From assembly GCF_963921235.1 (NCBI RefSeq), contig NC_086118.1:21702001-21766000 (forward strand): 64,000 nucleotides of DNA. Reading direction: 5' to 3'. Below the pieces are notes generated by a model. It did not search any database, was not told the DNA's origin, and saw only the letters and a program-made list of their open reading frames with translations. A program made the translations under genes and the position numbers. Every line of letters starts with the position of its first letter. The stretch's first letter is position 1. Positions 50,239 to 62,196 of the stretch are shown here, in pieces. This DNA comes from Mobula hypostoma. Lineage: Eukaryota.

Positions 50239-50333
50239 CTGATGAAGGGTCTTGGTCCGAAACGTCGACTGTGCTTCTTCCAATGGATGCTGTCTGGCCT
50301 GCTGCGTTCCACCAGAATCTTGTGTGTGTTGGT
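50239..50333 (+). mobile_element. Short Penelope-derived unit with hammerhead core, inserted in Gypsy gag
   Basis: CTGATGA-A-GGGTCTTGGTCC-GAAA-CGTC-GACT plus the shared tail; 14-bp duplication AGAATG(A/G)TGAAGCT at 50227-50240 and 50334-50347. Confidence 0.85.
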
Positions 50334-51029
50334 AGAATGGTGAAGCTTTTGAGGATGGCGGGCATCTCCCAGGTAGACAGTTCATCTTTAAAATGTTCTG
50401 AGAGGCCGTGATGGTAATGGGGCTCTGCACACCAGCCACACTCCACTGCAATGGTCCTGAATTCCACAGTGTAATCCAGCACCGAGTGTCAGCCTTGATG
50501 CAGGCAAAGTATTCAATCTGCTTCCCCTCCCTTCCATTTCCTGGAAAACCCAGTGCAGTTCAGTAGTAAATTCTTCATATTTATTGCAAATGGTGCATTT
50601 CGTGGCCCAGGTCAAAGCTCACCCAGTCAGGCGAGAAATGGTGAAGGCAAACTTGGCTCATAGAATAGTGATGGCCGGAGCTTGAAGCCTACGATGCACT
50701 GGGACTGGAAACTGCGGCAGCAGGTTAGGGATCTACTGAAGTTTTTGAGCGCCGGAATCTGGGGCTCTGAGGGAGAAGGTTGGCAGGCGCGGGGTTGCTC
50801 CATCGAGACGGAGAGTTGGTTGAGAGTGGTGAGCTGATGCTTTGGGATCTTGTGCTGCTGTTAACTGACAACTTCCTTTGAGTGAGCGAAGTCTGCTGTG
50901 TCAATCATTGGTTCACTTATCTTGTCAAGAAATGTAGAGGAGGCTTGACTTAAACACAGAACAGTGGAGACAATTTAACAGTAAATTATATTTTACTAAT
51001 AAACTGCAGAATAGCGAGCCACATGGGGC

Positions 51030-51914
51030 TGTTACGTAACCGGCAACAATGAATATCAATCGCGACAGGTTATATAAAAACAACCAAACATTTATTAAAC
51101 ACAGACAAACGATAAAGGAAAAAACAAACGAAAACTTTAACCGGAGGTTAACCGATATGCAGCCGTTCAATGAATTGTCACTCGGCACTGGTTCTTAAAG
51201 CGTTAAATGCGAAAACAGTTCTTAAAACTATAAAGTCAGATATAGTTTTTAAAATGGTAAATTCGAAAGTCCAACAGATTTATACGTTCAATTGGGAGAG
51301 ACTTCTCTGGAGAAGGATTTCTTCATAGACGCGACTTTCCTGCTGGTTCTGTCCAAAGGATTCACGATGCAGTAAGTAAACAGTTTAAAACAACTGACCT
51401 TAAATTGCTTTAGAGAGAGCAAACCTTTGCATGAACTCTTTTCTCTTTTCCAAGAGTTATCTCCGATGCAGGTCACTACTGCTTCAACGAAGACTCAATA
51501 AGGTCGATCCTTTGTCAAACTGCCAAACAATGCCGACTCCTCTCGATCCTTCGGTCCTGTACTTCGATAAAGTCTTCACTCTCCCTTCTACAGCTGGAAT
51601 AGGGTAAATCAGCACATCTAGCCAAAAATTTCCAGTCCAATAATATTGTATCTTGCAACAGAATGCACAACCGTTTCAAAAATGAAACTGCGTCACAAAA
51701 ACAAGCAAGCAACAGAAACGAAGACACAGCACATTCTACCTGGAAATCTACAAACTAAAAACTAACTGCGTCATCTGGGATCTTCCCTTATATACCCATG
51801 GTGCACATGTCATCACATGACCTCACATCGGCAGGAAAATCACATCAGGTGACCTCCAAAAGACCATTACATCATTCTCACAAAAAAAACCAGATCTCCT
51901 CGAGGCATGTAACA
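51030..51914 (-). mobile_element. 885-bp solo LTR inserted in the 5' LTR of the chromovirus
   Basis: TGTTAC...GTAACA termini and a 4-bp TSD GGGC (51026-51029, 51915-51918). Minus-strand TATATAA near 51790 and AATAAA near 51092. The host LTR is colinear once it is removed. Confidence 0.92.
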
Positions 51915-52159
51915 GGGCCACAAAACAGAAGAGAACTGATACTTAACACGACAAAGCAACATGGTGACTGAAGGCTAGGAGCAACCGGTTGAGACAGGCT
52001 GGTTCATATGAATGAACAAGGATTGTGGATGAGAGCTGGGTTTAAATAGGCTGCAGGTGATGAGTTTGGAAACAAGTAGCAGGTGACTCCTGTTAGCTGA
52101 GTGGAGACTGGCAGGAGCCTGCATGTGCAGGCCTGACACTTCAACATGGTTCACTAGGG

Positions 52160-52239
52160 CAGAGGTTCCCAAGGTGGAGTCCATGGATTCCCTCAATTAA
52201 TAGTCACAATCCATGGCATAAAAAGGTTGGGAACTCCTG
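52160..52239. mobile_element. hAT (Charlie-like) MITE, same family as 13165-13243
   Basis: TIRs CAGAGGTTCCCAA and TTGGGAACTCCTG; 8-bp TSD CACTAGGG/CACTAGAG. Confidence 0.88.
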
Positions 52240-52424
52240 CACTAGAGGACTGCTTTCCTTTGTGAGCATTGTAAGCATTCCATTTACACAAAAATAACAA
52301 TATAAGAAGAAATAAAGCATGCACAATACCTATTTGTATTTATTTAGAGCTTTTAAAAAATGTACTGAAATGGAAACATCATAAAGCACTTCAATAGAAA
52401 CACTAGCAAAATTTGACACTTAAA

Positions 52425-52900
52425 GAACTGCAGATGCAAGGACGAACCTAAAATAAAAGCAGAAAATTCTAGAAACACTCAACAGATTAGGCAGTGCCTG
52501 AAGGGAAACGGATGATCAAAGAGCTCAGAAAACAAATAGGTTGCTGAGGTGAATCCACTGTTTATGGAGCAGATTGATTCATAAATCAATGAGAATAGCC
52601 AGAAAGAAAGAAAACAATGAATGGGAGATATAAAAGCTATAAAAAATGCTGATGAGAGCTGTTATTCATAGGTAGGCCTGAGGCTCAGAACCTCTCAGTG
52701 GTGTTCTGCAAAATGACCACTCAATCTGTGCTTGGATTTCGTAGGGGAGAGGAGTCTACATTGTGAGCACTGAATGCAATATACCAAGTTGAAAGAAACT
52801 CACGTAAGTCACTGCTTCATCTGAAAGGACTTGCTTGCACCTCATGTTGGTAGAAATGTACCAGGTAAAAGAGCAGCTCCTGTATTTGTACCGAGCTACT
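52425..52900 (-). mobile_element. Degraded Penelope-like fragment
   Basis: Reverse-complement 3' tail (ctgcagatgc..aaacactcaacagattaggcag) and GIY-YIG-like coding remnants. Confidence 0.55.
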
Positions 52901-53454
52901 CAGCAGATACTATGATAGGAACGGGGTGGGTTTTACAGCATACCATCAAGGACTCCAGAAGTGCAAAGACAAAGGTTCAGGGTGGGGGTATCAGAATCCA
53001 GGTGGTTAGAAGTATGTCCACAAATGGTAGGAAATCTGGAATATACAGCAGTCCCAAAGTGCAGGAAAAAAGACGTAAGAGGATTGTAAGGAAATTACAA
53101 ATGTGAAGAGCTGGATCACTGGAGCTATTTAAAGATGTGATAACTTTTTAAAAGACAGGAACTTGAGGGCTATGGAATACTGCCACAGAAAAAGACATGA
53201 GGTATGAAGTTAAATGCTAGGGCAAGCCTGACAGGCCAAATGGCCTAACTCTGCTGTTCTCTTTCACTTTGACTTTGATTCTCTTGTATTGTGGATACAA
53301 CAAGCAAGAATACCATATAAACAAAAACAGTATAATAAAGATAAACAGAAATAAAAAGAAGACACAATTTATACAGGGGTCCAATAAAAGCTGATGTAGA
53401 TGGGCCACATTAGTTATAACTACAATATGTTGGCAACTTGGCGAACTTATCTTG

Positions 53455-54030
53455 TGGTGGCTACCCTCCTGAATTTGACCTCCCATTCCCATTCTGGCAT
53501 TTCTGTCCATGGCCTCTTCGACTGCCATGATGAAGCCAGCTTCAAGGATTGAGGAACAACACCTCATATTCTGCCTGGGTACCCTCCAAACTAATGGCAC
53601 GAACATCAATTTCTCTAACTTGAGGTAATTTCTCCCCCCCAACCCCATTCTCTCTTTTTTCTACTCCCCGTTCTCGTTACTCTCTCAGTCCTTCACTTCT
53701 CCTCACCTGCCCATCACCTCCCTCTGGTCCCTTCCTCCTTCCCCTTCTTCCATGGTCCACTGTCTCCTATTAGCTCTTCAGTCCTTCACCTCTTACACCT
53801 ACCCCAGCCAGCTTCTTACATAGTCTCCACTCTCCCTCTCACCCACATCCCCCCTTACGTAGTCTCACCTATCACCTGCCAGCTTGTACTCCTTCTCCTT
53901 CTCCTCTGACCCCTTCCTTTCCTGTCCTGATGAAGGGTCTTTGTCCAAACCTCGACTGTTCATTCCCCTCCATTGATGCTGCCTCACCTGCTGAGTTCCC
54001 CCAGTATTGTGTGCATTTTGCTCAAGATTT
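53455..54030 (+). mobile_element. Penelope-like 3' end with a degraded hammerhead (~53923-53958)
   Basis: EEQHLIFCLGTLQTNGTNINFSN, a CT-rich UTR, and GTCCTGATGAAGGGTCTTTGTCCAAACCTCGACT. Confidence 0.85.
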
Positions 54031-56174
54031 CGAGCATTTTTAGGATCTCTTGTATTTAGAATATATAAACACTCATGCATATATGCTAACGAATGGAAGC
54101 AGAATGTTTCAGGCAGAGTAAGGAGATCTCATAATCATTCACAACTGCATAGCTGGGAAATGGAGAAGGCTCCATGAATATCCATGTATCCAGCACCTAG
54201 TAGTGTAGATAGGACTGATATGATTTAGATCTTCATCCAGAGGTTCAGAGTCTATGATCTATCTTCACCTCCTCCAGGATTCCTGTCCATCACAGAAGCC
54301 ATTTCTCAGCCACCTTTGTTAATTGACAACGGATGGCTATAACCTGTGCGCAGGTGTTGAATATAAGGTGCAGAGCCTGCAGAGTTTCTAGCCAAACTCA
54401 GTCATTTGCAAAGTAATAGAAGCTTAGTCTTGCCAGGGACCCCTCTTTGCCCACCTCCAAACACCTCCTCTTGTCTTTGGATCTCATTAAAGCCTTAATT
54501 TAGGCATGGTTAGAGAAGTGAGGGTGACTGTTCTTGACATACAGATTAGACATCACTCCTCTAATAAAGTTAAAGTGGGTGGGAATCTGATGGAAACATT
54601 CCATAACTCGAATCATACCCCACACAAGGGAAAATGATTATTGTTGTGAACTTAGCTTCGAGGTGTTACTGCAAGAATTCCTCGGTACAGTAATGCCTAA
54701 CTGCTTGATCTGTGGAGATACCTTCTGGTAATTGTAAAAAAGCTCAATTTGGTCCATTCTGTTTGCACTTCCTTAGATAATGTATTAATCTTTGTATAAA
54801 AACAGCAAATCCTGGAAAGCTTGCAATATGGAAATCAGTGGAAAGTAAAAAGAGTTGCTGTCAGTAATGGTAACGATGGATCACTGTAAAAACCCACCTA
54901 CAATTCAGGGAAGGACATCTGCCATCCGTACCTTGTTTGATCTACCTGTGACTCTAAATCCAAAAATATGATTGACTTGTAATTGCTCTTTGAACTTTCC
55001 TTCTACGCCTGGGGACAATTAGGAATGGGCAATGAATGGCCTAACAGTGATCCCCATCCTGCAAATGGGTAAAAGTAACATACTAATGCCTGGTACGATC
55101 ACTTCCACAACAGTATGGCTAATCTCCATGTGACGGTTTAGGCATCACTGGACCGACCACATAAATACTGTGGTAACATGAATAAGCCAAGAACTAGACG
55201 GCCTGTGGTTAGTGAGGCACTTCCTGATACACAAAGATTTTTCCTGGATTTAGGCATGTTAGAATTATACTAGAATACTCTCTGCTTGCCTTGATGAATG
55301 TGGGCCCCATTCATGCTCAAAAGGCTTAATAAAGAAGCCCACTTAATTAGAAATCCCATCCACTACACTACTGGCATACTGGATGCTGTGTGCCATTTAC
55401 AGAAGGCATTGCGACAATTTGCTGAAGATTCTTTCACCCCTTTCTTAAACATGTGACCTTTGCCACCCAGCAGGCGTGCAGGTGCCTGGTGATACCACCA
55501 CAGAGTTACACGGCTGTGAAACAACCCCTTCATGCTGATTGAAATGGTAATCTGAGCTAACGCTGTTTACCTGCATTTAGTCTGTATTACTCTAAGCCTT
55601 TTTTGATCCAATTACCTATCCAACTGTCTTTGATATGTTATAATTGTACCTTCCTCTGGCAGCTTATTCCATAAACCAACCACACTCTGTGTGGAAAAAG
55701 TTACCCCTCACGTTCCTTTTAAATCTTTCCTCTCTCATTATCTTCAGAATTTGCACACATTGTCCTGAATTGGAAATTTAATGCTGGTTCTTCATTACTG
55801 CCAGGCATGGGTTTATATAACAGCATAGTCGGTCCAGCTTAACCTCGCAGATGGCAGCCATTTCAGAAGGCAGCCTGCTATCATGTCACAAGAGCAATTA
55901 GAGATGGACATTAAATACTTGCTTTTTCAGTGATGCCCAGATCTTCGGAGAGAATGGAAAAGAAACATGACTGTAAAATACACAGGATATGGGGAGGGGG
56001 TTTTACAACATTACCAGAGATACTGCATAAACACTGAAGCAATAAACAACATGAAGATACCAACAGGAGCAAAAATGTGGGGAAAAATCCATAATAAATT
56101 TTTGATTCAGTGGTAGTTGGGGTGTGAAAATCATGTAAAATAGGTTTATAGTATTTCAACAATATAGAGAAAAA

Positions 56175-56274
56175 AATCCAAGCAACACACACAAAATGCT
56201 GGAGGAACTCAGCAGACCAGGCAGCAGCTATGGAAAAAAGTAGTCGATGTTTCGGGCCGAAATCCTTCGACAGG
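56175..56274 (-). mobile_element. Short Penelope-derived unit with a degraded hammerhead
   Basis: Minus strand CCTGTCGAAGGATTTCGGCCCGAAACATCGACT followed by the shared tail. Confidence 0.8.
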
Positions 56275-56782
56275 TTTGTCAATCATTAGCTGTGAACAGA
56301 TCTTTATTCAGGATGTTTGATATGCTGCTTGATGCTTGCTAATGGCTTGTGATAGAACCCTTGTCCCAGCTGTGTACTTGTTGTGTGTGAATGACCAAGC
56401 TATTGATAGAAGATATACAGTTCTTTCTTTAAATTCATAATAGCTCCTCATGTTGAGGTGAAGTAACTTGTCTTATTATGAACTGACATTCTTCCATTTT
56501 GGTGTCACGGCCTATTGCAGCTCGGGAAAGCGGACATCGGAAGCGCTGCATGAAAACACAGAAACGCAGTTAAGTATGCTGGTACTCGGGTGAGACTTTG
56601 AGTGGATCCCTGTAGGCCCATGCTCGCGACAATTCTACTCAGTAATGTCCCATCGCTAGAAAACAAGCTGGATTACCTGTGTCAGCATTTGAACCGACGG
56701 GAGATGAGAGACTGCTACACACTGGTCCTAACGGAAAGGTGGTTTCAGGACACCACTCCAGACTCAGCAATCCAGCAAGAAG

Positions 56783-59700
56783 TGACATAAGGTATGCAAT
56801 TACGACCGAAGTGCCGACAGCGAGAGATGCTGGAGCAGATCAATAATTCACTGACTTTAAAAGGGACTGTGCAGAAACAAAGGGAAAACAATAAATGCTA
56901 GGCCAACCGGCCATTAACTAGAACCTTCAAACTAAAGCCAATGCCAATACAATGGCTCGGCAGCAACAGCTTTACACTAAATAAGTACCTTTCCCTAACA
57001 ACGTCAGTAGTCTCCTTTCCCGGAAACAGGACAGTGGTAAGCAGGGAGCATCAATGTTGCTGTGCTTTTGCTCAACTCTTGACAAGACTGAAATGAGCAG
57101 AAGGAAGTTAAATACCACCATAATGAAGCAGTAATCGGGTGGAACATACAAGCTCATGAGCATAATTGCCGATCCTATTCCACAGCCCATCTGCAACGAC
57201 GTGCAGGCCTTGCAGTAGGGTCTGTGGCTGTGACAGGGCCCACTCCCGAGGTGCAGTTCCTGAGGCGACAGAGGCCTGTGCCTGCCGGAAGTCGCAGATG
57301 AGAGCCTCGTCCAGGATGTCATGGGCCAGAACCTAGGAACATTCCTCCAGGGTCATGAGGTACGGGCCTCTGTGCCACACCCAGCAAGATGCCAGGAAGC
57401 CCCACACAGAACAGAGCAGGGACCCATCCACCAAGTGGGGAGTAGTGGGAGGTGTAACTGGAGCAAGGGAGAAGTAGTCATTGACTTGAGTTGGGAAACT
57501 TGCAACAGTGGGTAAATCTTTATTAACGATGGTAGGCGCAACCTATATGAGACATAGAAACACAGAAAACCTACAGCACAATACAGGCCCTTCGGCCCAC
57601 GAAGTTGTGCCAAACATCTCCCTACCTTAGAAATTACCTAGGGTTACCCATAACCTTTTATTTTTCTAAGCTCTGTGTACCTATCCAAAAGTCTCTTAAA
57701 AGACCCTATCGTATCCACCTCCACCACAGTTGCCAGCAGCCCATTCCACGCACTCACCACTCTCTGTGTCAAAAAACTTAACCCTGACATCTCCTCTGTG
57801 CCTCCTTCCAAGCACCTTAAATCTGTGCCCTCTTATGCTAGCCATTTCAGCCCTGGGAAAAAGCCTGTGACTATCCACACGATCAATGCCTCTCATCATC
57901 TTATATACCTCTATCAGGTCACCTCTCATCCTCTGTCGCTCCAAGGAGAGAAGTGTGGGGCCAAATAGGAGCTTTCAAGGGAAGATGCCTACGTGCCAGC
58001 CAGACGCTCACACCTGGCTTGAGAGGCCTCACCTGTCAACGGAGCCGATCAGCCAGCCGGGCATGTTGTTTCTGAGCACACAGCAGGGAAGCTCTGGCCA
58101 GTCTCCATGTGCACTTGTTGCATGGGCCCAACTGTTCAGCAGCAGGAACTCCCATATCATTCTCTGAGTGGAGGCAGGAATCCCTGCTGGCGTTCAAAGG
58201 GGATGTACCAGTGGAGGATAACTGGAGGTGATTGTGGGCGATCTTGGCCCAAGCCCATTGGGAGCTCCAGGACGTGGGGTTGGATGAGACATGGGAGCAC
58301 TGGGTTGTCTCCAGCTCCTGATTCACTCTCTTAGTCTGGCTGTTAGATTGGGGGTGGAAACCAGATGAGAGGCTGTGTGTGGCTCCCACAAGAGAACAGA
58401 AGGCCTTCTAAAAATAGTATGTAAGCTGTGGTCCTCAATCAGACATTATGTCCTGCGGGAAGCCGTGGAACCAGAACACATGTCCATGAGGTTGCAGTCC
58501 CATGAGCTGATGGGGGCTTAGGGAGAGCAATGAAATGTGCAGTCTTAGAGATCTGGTCCACAACCAACAGAATAGTAGTGTTTCCATCAGACAGGGGCAG
58601 ACCAGTGATGAAATCCACCAAGAGGTGGGACGAGGGGCGGTGAGGTAGTGGACATTGCAGACGTGTAGGGTCTACTATGTTTACTCTCTTGTTGTGGATG
58701 CAGGTGGGACAGGCAGAGATGAAGCTGTGGACGTCCTAGGACATAGTTGGCCACCAAAGTCATCTCTTGATAAATTCCAGGGTCCATTGAGTTCCTGAAC
58801 GTCCACCATACAGGAGGAGTGACCCCCATTCCAACACTCTGGGGTGAACAGTGGCAGGGACTAACAGCCGGATGAGAGATCCCCTGCCTGGGCCTGGATC
58901 TGAATGTTGGCCAATGCTCAGCTCCACCTCTACATCCCAAATCACCGGAGCAGCAGTGCATGACTGAGGAAGGATGGACTCTGGATTGTTGTCAGAATAC
59001 TGGGAGAAAGCATCGGCCTTGTTATTCTTGCTGCCAGGATGGTAGGTGAAGGTGGAATTAAACCCGGTGAAGAAGAGAGCCCAACAGGCTTGTCAGGAGT
59101 TGAGTCTCTTGGTGTTTCGAATGCAGGAGAGGTTTTTGTGATCTGTCCTACCAAGAAGGGTGCTCTGCCCCCTCTGCCCCCTCTATGCTTCCAGGGCCTC
59201 CTTGACATATAGAAGTTCCCAGATCCTGACGTCGTAGTTACATTCGGTAGGAATCAAATGGTGGGAAAGAAAGGCACAGAGGTGAAGCCGGGTATCCTCA
59301 GAAGAGCATTGAGAGAGTACAACTCCAATCCCAACATCTGATGCATCCACCTCGATGTTGAATGGATAGGATGTGTCTAGGTTTTGCAGCACCGGGGCAG
59401 TGGTGAAGCATCACTTTGGTTCCAAGAATGCTTGGCCTGCTTCATTTGGCCAAAGGAATCCTGCAGAGGTCATCTTAGTGAGTGCATTTATGGGGGCCGT
59501 GATGGAACTGAAGCTTCTGATGAAGTGGTGATAAAAGTTTGAAAACCCCATGAAGCACCACACCAATTTGACGGTAGATGGTTTGGGCCACTGTGCGACT
59601 GCTTGACCTTTACACGGTCCATTTTAACACTGGAAGGGATGAGGATATTGCCCAGAAATGACTCCTGCCCTTTATGGAACTCACTCTTCTCAGGCTTGGA

Positions 59701-60279
59701 GTAAAGTTTATTCTCGGGAAGACATCTGAGAATCCTCCGGACATGTTCCTGGAGAGAGCAGGACGAGATCAGAATGTAGGAAAACAAATTGATTCTACAT
59801 GTCCTGGATCAGATCGTTGACCAGAGCCTGTAGAACGCTGGGGCTGTCGGTCAGACCAAAGGGCATCACGAGGTGCTCATAATGGTCAGTGGAAGTTCAC
59901 TGAGCTAAGTAGGAATTGTGAAGAAATAAAGGAAAATTCAATAAACACAAGGGCAACTGCCCATTAACTAGCACTTTCAAACTAAAGCCAATGCCAATAC
60001 ATTTGCTCAGCAGTAGTGAACTAATACTAATTAAATACCATTCCTTAACTGCATCACTCTAAATGGAATCAGGACAACGGTAAGCAGGGAGCGCTGACGT
60101 TGCTGTGCTCTTGGTCAAGTCTCGATAAGACTAAATTGAGAGGAAGGGAGTTAAATACCACCACAGTGAAGCACTAATTGGCTGGAACATGCATACTCAC
60201 AAGCATGATTGTCGAACCTGTTCAACAGCCCAACTGTAAGGTTGCGCAGACCCCCTTGACAGAGTCCGTAGTTGTGACA
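56783..60279 (-). mobile_element. Chromoviral Gypsy element (RT end, RNase H, integrase, chromodomain; gag and part of the 5' LTR deleted)
   Basis: Exact 5-bp TSD AGAAG (56778-56782, 60280-60284). LTRs 56783-57235 and ~59895-60279. KLYSKPEKSEF, EVDASDVGIGVVLSQ, VDFITGLP, SSGFHPQSNSQT; chromodomain-like PEECS*VLAHDILDEALICDF. Confidence 0.92.
57551..57952 (-). mobile_element. CR1 3' end nested in the Gypsy integrase
   Basis: ERQRMRGDLIEVYKMMRGIDRVDSHRLFPR..RGHRFKV plus a CATAGAAA-type tail. Confidence 0.92.
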
Positions 60280-60394
60280 AGAAGGCCTAATCTCCTTTTG
60301 AGCAGACAGAAATTCTATGATCTCTGGTAAGACCCGTGGAGGAAGTCTGTATGTCCTCGTCAATAAGAGCTGGTGTGTGATGGTTTCTTCATTG

Positions 60395-62196
60395 TTGGAA
60401 ATAACAGCTCACTACTCCTCACAGAGTGAGTTTTCAGTGGTGAAGTGCAGGCCCTTGGCAGTAACAGCTCACTACTCCTCACAGAGTGAGTTTTCAGCTG
60501 TGAAGTGCAGGCCCTTGGTAGTAACAGCTCACTACTCCTCACAGACTGAGTTTTCAGTGGTGAAGTGCAGGCCCTTGGTAGTAACAGCTCACTACTCCTC
60601 ACAGAGTGAGTTTTCAGTGGTGAAGTGCAGGCCCTTGGCAGTAACAGCTCACTACTCCTCACAGAGTGAGTTTTCAGTGGTGAAGTGCAGGCCCTTGGCA
60701 GTAACAGCTCACTACTCCTCACAGAGTGAGTTTTCAGTGGTGAAGTGCAGGCCCTTGGCAGTAACAGCTCACTACTCCTCACAGAGTGAGTTTTCAGCTG
60801 TGAAGTGCAGGCCCTTGGAAGTAACAGCTCACTACTCCTCACAGAGTGAGTTTTCAATAGTGAAGTGCAGGCCCTTGGCAGTAACAGCTCACTACTCCTC
60901 ACAGAGTGAGTTTTCAGTGCTGAAGTGCAGGCCCTTGGCAGTAACAGCTCACTACTCCTCACAGACTGAGTTTTCAGTGCTGAAGTGCAGGCCCTTGGCA
61001 GTAACAGCTCACTACTCCTCACAGACTGAGTTTTCAGTGCTGAAGTGCAGGCCCTTGGCAGTAACAGCTCACTACTCCTCACAGAGTGAGTTTTCAGTGC
61101 TGAAGTGCAGGCCCTTGGCAGAAACAGCTCACTACTCCTCACAGAGTGAGTTTTCAGTGCTGAAGTGCAGGCCCTTGGCAGTAACAGCTCACTACTCCTC
61201 ACAGAGTGAGTTTTCAGTGCTGAAGTGCAGGCCCTTGGCAGTAACAGCTCACTACTCCTCACAGAGTGAGTTTTCAGTGCTGAAGTGCAGGCCCTTGGCA
61301 GTAACAGCTCACTACTCCTCACAGAGTGAGTTTTCAGCGGTGAAGTGCAGGCCCTTGGCAGTAACAGCTCACTACTCCTCACAGAGTGAGTTTTCAGCGG
61401 TGAAGTGCAGGCCCTTGGCAGTAACAGCTCACTACTCCTCACAGAGTGAGTTTTCAGTGGTGAAGTGCAGGCCCTTGGCAGTAACAGCTCACTACTCCTC
61501 ACAGACTGAGTTTTCAGTGCTGAAGTGCAGGCCCTTGGCAGTAACAGCTCACTACTCCTCACAGACTGAGTTTTCAGTGCTGAAGTGCAGGCCCTTGGCA
61601 GAAACAGCTCACTACTCCTCACAGAGTGAGTTTTCAGTGCTGAAGTGCAGGCCCTTGGCAGTAACAGCTCACTACTCCTCACAGAGTGAGTTTTCAGTGC
61701 TGAAGTGCAGGCCCTTGGCAGAAACAGCTCACTACTCCTCACAGACTGAGTTTTCAGTGCTGAAGTGCAGGCCCTTGGCAGTAACAGCTCACTACTCCTC
61801 ACAGACTGAGTTTTCAGCGGTGAAGTGCAGGCCCTTGGCAGAAACAGCTCACTACTCCTCACAGAGTGAGTTTTCAATGGTGAAGTGCAGGCCCTTGGCA
61901 GTAACAGCTCACTACTCCTCACAGAGTGAGTTTTCAGCGCTGAAGTGCAGGCCCTTGGCAGTAACAGCTCACTACTCCTTACAGAGTGAGTTTTCAGTGG
62001 TGAAGTGCAGGCCCTTGGAAGTAACAGCTCACTACTCCTCACAGAGTGAGTTTTCAGTGGTGAAGTGCAGGCCCTTGGCAGTAACAGCTCACTACTCCTC
62101 ACAGAGTGAGTTTTCAGTGCTGAAGTGCAGGCCCTTGGCAGTAACAGCTCACTGCTCCTCACAGAGTGAATTTTCAGTGGTGAAGTGCAGGCCCTT
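60395..62196. repeat. Minisatellite, 30 x 60 bp, derived from LINE endonuclease coding sequence
   Basis: Exact 60-bp period with no indels; consensus GGCAGTAACAGCTCACTACTCCTCACAGAGTGAGTTTTCAGTGSTGAAGTGCAGGCCCTT. Confidence 0.98.

Larger units (their letters stand above)
47769..52138 (-). mobile_element. Chromoviral (Sushi-like) Gypsy element, degraded, with both LTRs
   Basis: Exact 5-bp TSD CTTCA (47764-47768, 52139-52143). LTRs 47769-48105 and 50923-52138 (the latter interrupted). Gag DYTVEFRTIAVECGW; integrase MDFITGLPP..VVDQFFK, SSGYHPQTKGQ, GPFEI; chromodomain-like tail at ~48140-48260. Confidence 0.92.

Noticed and set aside
60395..62196. CRISPR-like array or genuine cellular repeat-protein gene
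   Set aside because: The units are contiguous with no unique spacers, there are no cas genes, and the context is eukaryotic. The ORF flanks are LINE endonuclease, so it is not called a gene.
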